A stretch of 64,000 nt of DNA. It comes from Nitrosopumilus sp. GTDB taxonomy: Archaea; Thermoproteota; Nitrososphaeria; Nitrososphaerales; Nitrosopumilaceae. Numbering within the stretch: position 1 is the first letter of the stretch; the number at the start of each line of letters is the position of its first letter. The notes under the pieces are model-generated. The model saw nothing but the letters and a program-made list of their open reading frames with translations. It did no database searches and was not told the DNA's origin. Position numbers and translations under genes: made by a program. Positions 54,660 through 63,824 of the stretch are shown in pieces. Where the stretch lies: positions 736,001 to 800,000 of the forward strand of contig OZ245040.1 in NCBI GenBank assembly GCA_965224195.1, given 5' to 3'.

Positions 54660-57194
54660 ATGGCAACGAATCTTAAAATAGCAAGTTCCGAAACCTACCG
54701 TGACTTGGATTCTGATGCTCTTGAAGACATAGAGGAACTCATCAGGCTTGGCATGGGCGACACGCAAAGGCTCAATCATATGAAATCAATGCTCCAAAAG
54801 GGCAGGGTCCTGTACAATTCAGACAGAGCATACGTAGAGAAGCTGAAAAAGTTTCTGGAAGATGACAATGACAGCATCGATGACCAGCCACCAAAAGCAG
54901 GATTACAAGCTCCTGATACGCCATCGCCACCTGAAACAGACACCGTGCCACCATCAACCATTGAAACAGCTGCCAATAGTGCAAAAGACAACGACAAGAT
55001 CGTCCTCATGGTAAACCAATCACCCGGGTCAAGTGCTGCCTGGTATCTCTTGCCATTATTTTTTTCTATAATAGGCGGTGCCATATCTTACATGTGTATC
55101 AAAAGAGAGGATCCTACAAGGGCCCGCAGGACGCTCATACTTGGTGTCTGCCTGTTTGCAGTGCAAGCGTGCATGATTATAGGAATTTTCCTGATTGCCT
55201 ATGAGGACACAGGCGTACCGACAACTGACATGTCAGACAATCAGATAAGAAAGGATGCCGTGACCATCCCATACGATTCCCTGATGGATGAAAGCCACCT
55301 GTACGAGGGAAAGGCAGTATATTACAAGGGCAGGGTGCTGCAGGCATTTGACAATTTCTTTGGTTCGTATACAATGAGGATGAACATATTAAACAATGAC
55401 ACATTATTCGAGTCCGATAGCATTATGCTCAACTTTGAGCCAAGCACTGATGAGGAGAAACAGTGGGTTGAGAACATCAGGAGAAACCCAGACATATTTG
55501 GGTTAGACTCTCATGATGCTCAGATATGGGGAATATATCGCGGATTTATTGAATACGAGACCCTTTTCGGAGGTATCAATACAATACCTGAAGTTGATGT
55601 GCATATGCTGGAGATCAACATGCCGGATCCTAAAACTGAAGAGATAGCGAAAGACAGGATGCTTGTACTACCTGGAATTGATCCTGGTACTGATACTCCA
55701 GAACTTACTGTAACTGGAACACCTGCAGATAATTTCCCCGATGAACAACGTTCTCAATTTTGTGGTTCAAGTGATGCAAAGTCTACAGATTTTGTTCAAG
55801 AATTTTCAATTCCAACCTTGTGTACAAATCCTCTTGCAATTGTAACTGATTATGATGGAAACGTATGGTTTGCTGAAACTAATACTGGTAAAATTACTAA
55901 ATTTGATCCTGCTTCTGAAACATTCACTGAATATGAAAATTCATTGTGGCCTCCAGGTGGACGTTCAATGATTTGGGGAATGGATTATGCGCCCGATGGT
56001 TCTATATGGTTTACTGACGAATCCTATGATTCCATATGGAAATTCTCAACTATTGATGAGACCTATGATAGATTATCATATCCTTCTGAAGGAGATTCTT
56101 TACCTCAAAAACTTCTAGTTGATGGTTCTCAAATAATAATAAATGATTTTACTGGAAACAAACTCACATTTTTAGATCCTAATCAATCTGGTGAGGAAGT
56201 AAATTATCTTAGTATTCCATCCCCTACTGATGACTCTGTAACTGCAGACTTTGCAGTGGATGCAAACGATAATGTCTGGTACACTAATTGGTTATATCAG
56301 CAAGGAGGAGTTTTAGTAAAATTTGATCAAAATGATTATCTTAATTCTGTTGCAAATTCCGGAGAGCAATATCTTCCATTAATTGACTTTATCGAACTCT
56401 ATCGATTACCTATGACCCTTCTAACTCCTAACGGTATTACTGTGGCAGATGATGGTAATATTTGGATGGCTGATACAACATCTTCATCATTCTTTCATTT
56501 TGATCCGATAACTGAAAATTTTGTACAATATGTAACATCTGATCCTATATTGAGCACATATGGTAATCAGACAGGCGTTGTAAAAACTCCAATATCCAGA
56601 CCCTATTGGATTGAATCTGATGATCAAGGTAGAATTATTTTCAATGAACAAACTGCAAATAATATTTCTGTAATGGATCCAAAGTCTCAATCCCTTGTTG
56701 AATATCATGTTCCTTCAAAGAACCCCAACTGGGCTGATTGTGATCCTGGAACAGGCATGATGTTGGCTGATTGTGGTGTTGCTCAAATCTTTGATTTCAC
56801 TGTTGATGGTGAAAAAATCTGGTTTACTGAATGGGCAGAAAATAATATTGGGGTAGTTGATACATCTATTCCGTTACCTTTGGAAATACAACTAACATCA
56901 ACTTCTTTAACAACTACGACTGGAAATTCAAAGCCAATTGACTTTGTAGTGTCATCTTTATCTCAAAAAGACCTACTTGATGTTTCATTAATTTTATCTT
57001 CAACACATGATTTTTTAAATATTGGATTAGTTGATTCACCTGAAACATTCCAACTTGATTTTGATGCCCCTCGTCCGATCTCTCTTATCATTAATACTAC
57101 TGAAGATGCAATTCCTGGTACATACAAAGTTCTACTTGGTGCACAATTATCTGATGTTGCAATTAGCAAATATGTAACAGTGACAATAGAGTGA
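54660..57194 (+). CDS. chimeric protein: accessory membrane domain fused to a Vgb-lyase-like beta-propeller
   Basis: GC-richer N-terminal third with TM segments; AT-rich remainder with DGNVWFAE, DGSIWFT and GNIWMAD blades. Confidence 0.8.
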   Translation: MATNLKIASSETYRDLDSDALEDIEELIRLGMGDTQRLNHMKSMLQKGRVLYNSDRAYVEKLKKFLEDDNDSIDDQPPKAGLQAPDTPSPPETDTVPPSTIETAANSAKDNDKIVLMVNQSPGSSAAWYLLPLFFSIIGGAISYMCIKREDPTRARRTLILGVCLFAVQACMIIGIFLIAYEDTGVPTTDMSDNQIRKDAVTIPYDSLMDESHLYEGKAVYYKGRVLQAFDNFFGSYTMRMNILNNDTLFESDSIMLNFEPSTDEEKQWVENIRRNPDIFGLDSHDAQIWGIYRGFIEYETLFGGINTIPEVDVHMLEINMPDPKTEEIAKDRMLVLPGIDPGTDTPELTVTGTPADNFPDEQRSQFCGSSDAKSTDFVQEFSIPTLCTNPLAIVTDYDGNVWFAETNTGKITKFDPASETFTEYENSLWPPGGRSMIWGMDYAPDGSIWFTDESYDSIWKFSTIDETYDRLSYPSEGDSLPQKLLVDGSQIIINDFTGNKLTFLDPNQSGEEVNYLSIPSPTDDSVTADFAVDANDNVWYTNWLYQQGGVLVKFDQNDYLNSVANSGEQYLPLIDFIELYRLPMTLLTPNGITVADDGNIWMADTTSSSFFHFDPITENFVQYVTSDPILSTYGNQTGVVKTPISRPYWIESDDQGRIIFNEQTANNISVMDPKSQSLVEYHVPSKNPNWADCDPGTGMMLADCGVAQIFDFTVDGEKIWFTEWAENNIGVVDTSIPLPLEIQLTSTSLTTTTGNSKPIDFVVSSLSQKDLLDVSLILSSTHDFLNIGLVDSPETFQLDFDAPRPISLIINTTEDAIPGTYKVLLGAQLSDVAISKYVTVTIE

Positions 57195-57436
57195 TACCTG
57201 ACTTAGATTCTCAAATTGGGATTTCAGTTTACAATACTAAATTCCCTGGTATAGGGGGTAAAATTAGAATTGAACCTGAAGATTTCCAAGTTAGTGAATT
57301 AATTTCTGAAAAATCTAAAAAATCAATTAATGATCAACATGGATATGCTGTGTATAAATTAAAAAAGAAAAAAATTGACACCAATCATGCACTATCTGGG
57401 ATTTTTAGACAAAAAGGTATCGATTCAAAATTCTAG
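57191..57436 (+). pseudogene. truD: tRNA pseudouridine(13) synthase, 3'-truncated
   Basis: GIGGKIR..PEDFQVSE, KLKKK.IDT..A; only 81 aa before the IS-like end. Confidence 0.8.
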
Positions 57437-57506
57437 TCCATGCAAGGAAAATTCAATTTGAAGAAGATCCGTATCTTCATGTTATCCCTCGACGATTACG
57501 CAGACC

Positions 57507-57732
57507 CCTTTAAAGCAAGATTGAAACATGCCGCCATATGCAGGTCAATCATGCAAATATTTCGTATTGTTGTTACGGCCCCATTGAAGTAAAATATTGA
57601 AGCTAGAGCAGACAGGCAAGCAAGCAAACATGCATGCTCATAATTTCCTCACCTCCTGGTGAGGCCCCATTAAAACAAAATAGAAGACGGAGCTTTTGCA
57701 AAAGAAAGCCAGTTTGAATCGAACTTTCATAG
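57507..57732 (+). repeat. cassette A copy 2 (CRISPR-repeat-like array)
   Basis: Direct repeat of 54371-54599 with two substitutions and a 3-bp deletion; identity stops inside the last repeat unit. Confidence 0.85.
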
Positions 57733-57849
57733 AAGAGATTATAAGATTTTATGAATGTTAAAAAAGAAGAAGGCTCGGGAAATGATTCAGATCATTTTTT
57801 AAAATGAGGAGAATCAAAAGTCACGGCTCTCATCATCGCCTTTTATTTT

Positions 57850-57960
57850 TTATGCGTTGAAATAATGCTTGCACTTTGTGCATTGTAGCGGCCTTCCCAG
57901 TTCTTTTCTTGTGGCCATTTCATACTTGCATTTTTCACATTTTACTATTCTTATGCCCAT
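57850..57960 (-). CDS. 36-aa Zn-ribbon protein
   Basis: MGIRIVKCEKCKYEMATRKELGRPLQCTKCKHYFNA. Confidence 0.55.
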   Translation of the reverse strand: MGIRIVKCEKCKYEMATRKELGRPLQCTKCKHYFNA

Positions 57961-57983
57961 ATGATTCATTATTCAGCCCCATA

Positions 57984-58044
57984 TTTATTATTATACACGT
58001 GTAAAATAACAACACTTTTATTATTATACCCGTGTAAAATAACA
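57984..58044. promoter_or_regulatory. tandem 28-bp repeat with TACACGTGTA palindrome in divergent promoter
   Basis: TTTATTATTATAC(A/C)CGTGTAAAATAACA at 57984-58011 and 58017-58044. Confidence 0.7.
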
Positions 58045-58733
58045 TGAATCAAATACAAATTCAGCAGGAAAAAATAGTTTGCCACGATGAGAATGATTTT
58101 CGATATTACTCATTTGGTGATCAAGTATATGCATCAGCTACCACCTTGCTTGATGCTATGCAGGACAAGTCCTGGATGCAATATGTGAATCTGTCGCAAG
58201 AAGCATTAAATGACAGACGAAACAATGCGGCAAAAATTGGAACAGCAGTACATCAGGCTCTCTATGAAAAACTTTCAGGACTAAATGTGACAAAGCTGGG
58301 CCTGGTCGCATCAGCACACGTGTCACAGATTTCAGAACATCTCAATAAAATATCCGATGTTCGGGGACTGGAAAAAATTATGAAGTCTGACACCCTCAAG
58401 GTGGCCGGAACTGCAGATGTCATTGCAGCATATGATGGCGTCTCATCCGTCATTGATTTTAAGACGACACGAAAGCCTCGCTACGGCAAACGACGGGACG
58501 TGTGGTATCTGCAGGCTGCAATGTATGCCTTTATGCATTATGAGGAGACAAATTTTATTGCAAGTCAAATCGTCATCATAGAGTCATGTGAGGACGGAAA
58601 GTGCCGCATACACAAGGTAAAGTTTGCAGACTATGCAGATGAGATGCTTGAGACAATCCAAATGTTTTATTTGCCTGAATCAACTGACAACTCGCCAACA
58701 AAATATCTAGAGTTTTTGAGGAGGATAAACTAA
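58044..58733 (+). CDS. Cas4/RecB-like PD-(D/E)XK exonuclease (viral type)
   Basis: SATTLL, GTAVH, AGTADVI, VIDFKT, QAAMYA; lacks the four-Cys Fe-S staple of canonical Cas4. Confidence 0.82.
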   Translation: MNQIQIQQEKIVCHDENDFRYYSFGDQVYASATTLLDAMQDKSWMQYVNLSQEALNDRRNNAAKIGTAVHQALYEKLSGLNVTKLGLVASAHVSQISEHLNKISDVRGLEKIMKSDTLKVAGTADVIAAYDGVSSVIDFKTTRKPRYGKRRDVWYLQAAMYAFMHYEETNFIASQIVIIESCEDGKCRIHKVKFADYADEMLETIQMFYLPESTDNSPTKYLEFLRRIN

Positions 58734-59125
58734 TGTCTGTCATATCCATGGCCTCAAGGTTTGACAGCACCTGCAAGGTCTGCAGTGCACAAATCAGAGC
58801 CGGTGATGCCATATACAAAGTAAATGATCACTGGTGCAAAGACCAGAGCTGTGGCAAGTCTGACAACCAGGTTCACATGGAGAAGAGACGCATTGATCTT
58901 GAGAATAAAACTCCGCCTGGCGACTTGGATTCTGAGACGTGCAGTGTCATTGATGCAAATGCCGTGCTCTTGTACAAAATTAATCAGAGGGTCTTGCATG
59001 CCCTCAAGAAATATGACGAGGCCCCAAACCCTGCAATGGTTGGGCAGTTTACAAAAATCATATATGACAAGCTAGGGCCGTCATCCTCTTCTTCCTCTTC
59101 CTCTTCTTCCTCCTCCTCCTCCTGA
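58733..59125 (+). CDS. Zn-finger protein with poly-Ser tail
   Basis: SRFDSTCKVC..I..GD.I...HWC...C; TAATG overlap with the nuclease. Confidence 0.65.
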   Translation: MSVISMASRFDSTCKVCSAQIRAGDAIYKVNDHWCKDQSCGKSDNQVHMEKRRIDLENKTPPGDLDSETCSVIDANAVLLYKINQRVLHALKKYDEAPNPAMVGQFTKIIYDKLGPSSSSSSSSSSSSSS

Positions 59126-59254
59126 CAGGACCTTATGCCAAATTCTGCTGAGCATTTTGTAAATGCCTGGCATGAGATGCATCTGCAAGAATAGCGTGTG
59201 GCCGCGTCCAACGTTTTATTGTGGGGGGGCGTGTAACGGACTGAGCGTTCACTC

Positions 59255-59423
59255 ACTTGTCATTTGAAAGACTTTTATCTATTTTTTAGTTTGAGACATG
59301 TGTGGATGCACCACGTTTGAATCGAACCTTTATGGGATTAAAAAATATTAAGCATGTGTACACAGTGCATCCACTGCCTTCTTCACCCTACCTTTATGAT
59401 GTTCATACACCTTCGATTGAAGG
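59255..59423 (+). repeat. cassette B copy 1: promoter plus stem-enclosed solitary CRISPR-repeat-like unit
   Basis: GAAAGACTTTTATC (BRE/TATA-like); GTGGATGCAC...GTGCATCCAC inverted repeat around GTTTGAATCGAACCTTTATGGGATTAAAAA (59315-59344). Confidence 0.75.
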
Positions 59424-59538
59424 ATTTCCAAAATGCCTCAAAAACTCCCGATTACTTGACATGAAGAAAATTTTGATCTCATCTCCGGACTGCCTGACAG
59501 AACATAAATAAGTAAGGCATGCCAGTGTTGTTCAATAT

Positions 59539-60378
59539 ATGAAAAAGACAATAATCTTTGCAATAATATTTACAATAATAGCTGGGATCTCAGTTTTGGT
59601 ATTGGGATCCTTTGAAACATCTCATGTAGATACCATAGAGATGACGGGTGTGGATGCCATAGAGATGACAGATGCAGAAAAGATGTGGCTTGAGACAAGA
59701 CAAACCATAAGGGTGGCATATGATCCTGCCTGGTATCCGTTTGAGTACATGGACAAAGAGTCCGGCAAGATAGGGGGACTTTCAGGCAAGTACTTTGCAG
59801 AGATAGAATCATCTACAGGAGCAGACCTTGTTACAATAGAGATATCTGACTGGGCAGATGCATTAGAGTCAGTTAAAGACGGCAGGGCAGACATGTTGCT
59901 CATGGCAGCTGACACTGAGCAGAGAAGGGAGTTTTTGGGATTTACAGAACCGCACAGCAGAATATCCGTGGACATGATCACAGTTGGAACTCAGACACTT
60001 GACGTAAAAGATCTGGCAGAGCTCAGAGTTGCCACCGTAAGGGATTATGCAGTAGAGTCATGGCTTGATCAGAACAGGCCAGAGGTAATGTATGCATCAT
60101 TTGAAAATGCCGCTGCTGCACTAGATGCATTAGAGGCAAAGAGCATGGATGTCTTTCTTGAAAATGAGCACGTGGCATCAATTACAGCCAAAAAGGCAGG
60201 CATAAGCGGAGGAGTGTTTAATGCAGGCCCGTCAGGATACGAGTATGTTCTGTCCATAGGCTTTGCAAAAGAGTCCGGTGAGCTTGGCACCATACTGCAA
60301 AAGGCCATTGATGCAATTCCGCAAGATCAAAAAGCACAGATGCTCAAAGACGTACTGGCAGAGAACGACGGCATCTGA
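59539..60378 (+). CDS. family-3 extracellular solute-binding protein (BvgS/EvgS-type sensor domain)
   Basis: Signal anchor, EKMWL, DPAWYPFEY, GRADML, RREFLGFTEP, LQKAIDAI. Confidence 0.85.
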   Translation: MKKTIIFAIIFTIIAGISVLVLGSFETSHVDTIEMTGVDAIEMTDAEKMWLETRQTIRVAYDPAWYPFEYMDKESGKIGGLSGKYFAEIESSTGADLVTIEISDWADALESVKDGRADMLLMAADTEQRREFLGFTEPHSRISVDMITVGTQTLDVKDLAELRVATVRDYAVESWLDQNRPEVMYASFENAAAALDALEAKSMDVFLENEHVASITAKKAGISGGVFNAGPSGYEYVLSIGFAKESGELGTILQKAIDAIPQDQKAQMLKDVLAENDGI

Positions 60379-60463
60379 GCGCAGAGACAACTACTGCAGA
60401 GATTTGTATGAAAGGCAGCTTGTTGCAGGTTTGATGCCCGCACACACATACAGCTGACAAACT

Positions 60464-60637
60464 ACTTGTCCATTTTCAAAAGACTTTTATCTATTTTTTA
60501 GTTTGAGACATGTGTGGATGCACCACGTTTGAATCGAACTATATTATAGGATTAAAAAACATCAAGCATCTGTACACAGTGCATCCACTGCCTTCTTCAC
60601 CTTACCTTTATGATGTTCATACACCTTCGATTGAAGG
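60464..60637 (+). repeat. cassette B copy 2
   Basis: Direct repeat of 59255-59423; repeat variant GTTTGAATCGAACTATATTATAGGATTAAAAA at 60527-60558. Confidence 0.8.
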
Positions 60638-60771
60638 CTTTTAAAATTGATCATTTATTTTAACCAATTCTCAATCTTGATAATATTTAAAAAAATCATA
60701 ATTTACACAATATTGATTTGTATGGAAATTATAGAATAAACTCTTTTTAACTTAATCCATATTGCTCTAGT

Positions 60772-61645
60772 ATGCATTATCCAGATTTGTTTCAGTCAGG
60801 TCAAATAGATCTAGAAAATTCAGAAAAACAATTTGAAGAAGAAGAATACATGCTGTCAGCATTTTTAGCACAACAAGCACCTAGAAAAACATGTTAAGAC
60901 ATATCTATTAAAAAATGATATTTTTGATAACATCAAAAAGTTGGGACATTTACCCATATCTGCAATGATCAATAGACTCATGGATCATTATGAAGAAACA
61001 ACCAATAAACCAGGTGGATTATACAGTGAAAGTTCCATGAAACTTTTTGAGCATATCTCAGAATATTTGTTAAAACTGGAGAGAGAAGACAGTCTAAAAA
61101 TCATCACATGGAAAAAATCACTTGGAATTCCTTTGACTAAGGATGAATCAAATAAAGAACAAGGATCATCTGTTAAATTTGATCAAATTGCTTCTGAATT
61201 AGAAACATCCATGCCAGATTTAGCTAGTCAACTTAAAAATCAAGCACAACTTGATCAACTGAACCAAGGTGATACATCACAATTAGATGATAAAGTACAG
61301 TCACTCATAAAATACTTAAACAAAACTTATGATGTACTTGCAAAAAAATCTACATTCACATGTGAAGATATCGAACACATAATTCATGATATAGGGTATG
61401 GTTCTGGAAAAAATTCGTTAGCAGAAATTGACACAAACAAAATTAAAGAATTCATAAAAATTTTCAAATCTCTACAATGGATGAATGAAATAATGAATTC
61501 ATATCCACATCAAACATTAGCAAGATATCCTTTTAAAATTGATGGTAAAACAAATCATGATTGGTATATCGAATACAAAGATAATCTTAAAGAATTAATC
61601 ACTAAAATAAAAACTACATGTGAAGATATACGTAAAACAGAATAA
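60772..61645 (+). pseudogene. HEPN-domain protein, frameshifted near 60880
   Basis: DLENSE...SAFLAQQA, then a shift to LEKHVKTYLL...LGH, and C-terminal ARYP; typical HEPN layout. Confidence 0.7.
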
Positions 61646-62294
61646 TTTTAAAAAAATAAACCTGTAATTGTAAGGCATACAACCAAAGAATTTTTAAAAC
61701 CATATGACCAAAAGGCAAAGCATATGGGATGGTCACTATCAGGGATAAAAACAATACAAATGCAACGCTGCATATCATAGCGTCTGATACGTTAGCAAAC
61801 ATATGCAACCGCATCTGAATCTGCTGCTGCATGTGCCTTTTATGAAAACCATTTCTGTCTGATGCGCAAAAGTCATGCCCCAGTACATTGCACAGACGTC
61901 CATCCAAAATAGTTAAATCACGCATACGGATCATCCCAAGACATGATGTGTGATATATGCCAAAAGGAGATAGGCGGGGAAGCACTGCAATTTTACATCC
62001 ACCTTACTAACAAGAAGGATGGCATGCATAATCTGCCAAAACAAGAAGTAAAAAAGATTATGAAGCGCAAGTTTCCCAATGATCCATTCACTAAAAACTT
62101 ATGACTGCAGTACGTAAAACAGTCTGGAGTTGTACTTTCTGCTCCACATTATGAATGCACTATATTGGACAAGCTTGATGCAAAGATTGAAAGAGAATTT
62201 TCATTATCTTATGTTGGCGACAAGTACAAACAGACTGCAGGCGGGCTCTGCTCAAGCCATTTGATATCAGAAAAGTGCCAAGACATGCAGCAGA

Positions 62295-62412
62295 GAAGCA
62301 ATGTCATCTATCTATTCTGCCCCCCCGCATTAGATGCCAGATCATGGACTGCCGGTATAATTTTTTTTGGAAGCAATGTCATCTATCTATTCTGCCCCCC
62401 CGCATTAGATGC
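62295..62412. repeat. 43-bp direct repeat around a 32-bp spacer
   Basis: GAAGCAATGTCATCTATCTATTCTGCCCCCCCGCATTAGATGC at 62295-62337 and 62370-62412. Confidence 0.9.
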
Positions 62413-62693
62413 TTTTGATTGCATTAGACCATGGACCATATGGATTGTGCCCTCGCCGTCAAGCAAGCTGCAAAACCCGGAGATACTTGATGCAATGAAA
62501 CTGGAGGAAGCAAAGGCAATGAGCTATTTGCAGCATACAGTACGCGCAGACATGTCGCGCAAATGATATCCCGTATTTTTTGAATGTTATGTTATCTGAT
62601 ACTTTGGTCAAAACTAGGCCGGATTTTCAACTGATGGTAAATTCGGGTGGACAGAGTGGTTCAGTTAGGGTGATGGTAAAATTATTGGCATGA

Positions 62694-63143
62694 TCATTTT
62701 TTATCATCATCTAATAATTTTTTCAAACCATAGCCTGCTATGACTGATAATACCCCTACAATGGCAAGTCCAAATGCATGTGTTGGATTATCTGGTTTTT
62801 TGATTTTTCTGTCCAAGCATGTGTTTGGTATTGGATTTATAATATCATATTCAATTTTTGCTTTGCGTAAAACTTTTTCTGTTTCTTGATGTGCAGGATA
62901 ACTATGCTCTTGATTTAGATGTGCTGCAGGATATGCAGGTGGCGGTTCCATTTCTGATTCAATATTGCCATCAGGCATTACTTTGATATGATGTTGAAGT
63001 TTATCTTCAACTCTTAATGCGTAGCCATAAACCTGTCCGTGATTTTCTTGAAATCCATCTTTAAATCCTAAATCCAAAAGAATATCTTTAAACTCTTGAA
63101 TACTTTTAATAGAAAGGCATTTGCAATGATGTGGATCTTCCAT
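62694..63143 (-). CDS. hypothetical protein with C-terminal TM anchor
   Basis: 149-aa ORF; partial second copy at 16699-16866. Confidence 0.7.
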   Translation of the reverse strand: MEDPHHCKCLSIKSIQEFKDILLDLGFKDGFQENHGQVYGYALRVEDKLQHHIKVMPDGNIESEMEPPPAYPAAHLNQEHSYPAHQETEKVLRKAKIEYDIINPIPNTCLDRKIKKPDNPTHAFGLAIVGVLSVIAGYGLKKLLDDDKK

Positions 63144-63824
63144 TAAACTGAATTAAATTCAGAGTTAATAAAACTGTTCACGTTTAAAAAAAATTCAAGA
63201 TAATAATTTCATCCAGCTACAAATGAGTGAAATCTTGATGACTTCTAGAAATTTTGCGGTGATGTCCTCAACTACAGGCATGCCAGGATTTTCAGAATGC
63301 ATCTGGCGTGCTGTAACACAATCATCAACAGCAAACCTGAACCGGTCTAAAAAACAACATATAGTGAGATTCCTGTAATCTGAAAAACTATCCGGATACG
63401 CCAGAGATTGACATTTGGAATACTGCATGTTCATAACAGATGCAACAGCACCTGCAATCTCAAAGTCTTTGCCACCAACAGATGCAAAAATAGCAGCAGA
63501 TACAGTCTCGTAAATATATGCCGTATAATTTTGAAACTCTGCACCGCATGCAGAAACGCATTACCAAGTCATTTATTTTTTTATTATGAATGTCATTGCA
63601 ATGCGGCATTTATTTGCAAACCCGTCACAGTTCAATTGTGACAGTCTGCTGTTTCATATGCGCTTATGCCTTGCCCTGGATTGGGCAGCATATGCTCCAG
63701 TGTAAAATACTGAACGCTTGGACTGTTGTTCCAGTCCACCTTTCAAGAATTTAAGACAAGCCCCGACAATCTGGCAGAACCCAAGAATAGGAACTATTAT
63801 TTACTGTAAAAATTAGTGTTTGAT

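Noticed and set aside
58984-59256. Poly-Glu ORF on the minus strand
   Set aside because: Reverse complement of the poly-Ser tract of 58733..59125
54371-60637. Calling a bona fide CRISPR array or CRISPR-Cas locus
   Set aside because: No run of identical repeats and no cas1, cas3, cas5, cas6 or cas7 in the window; the nuclease lacks the Cas4 Cys staple. Reported as repeat-like cassettes instead.
61650-62620. Possible decayed transposase and ORFs 61614..61985 and 62165..62566
   Set aside because: GC-richer and stop-ridden, with only faint Zn-ribbon hints; family cannot be supported by eye
63195-63780. Short ORFs or possible IS remnant
   Set aside because: No convincing motif or terminal repeats
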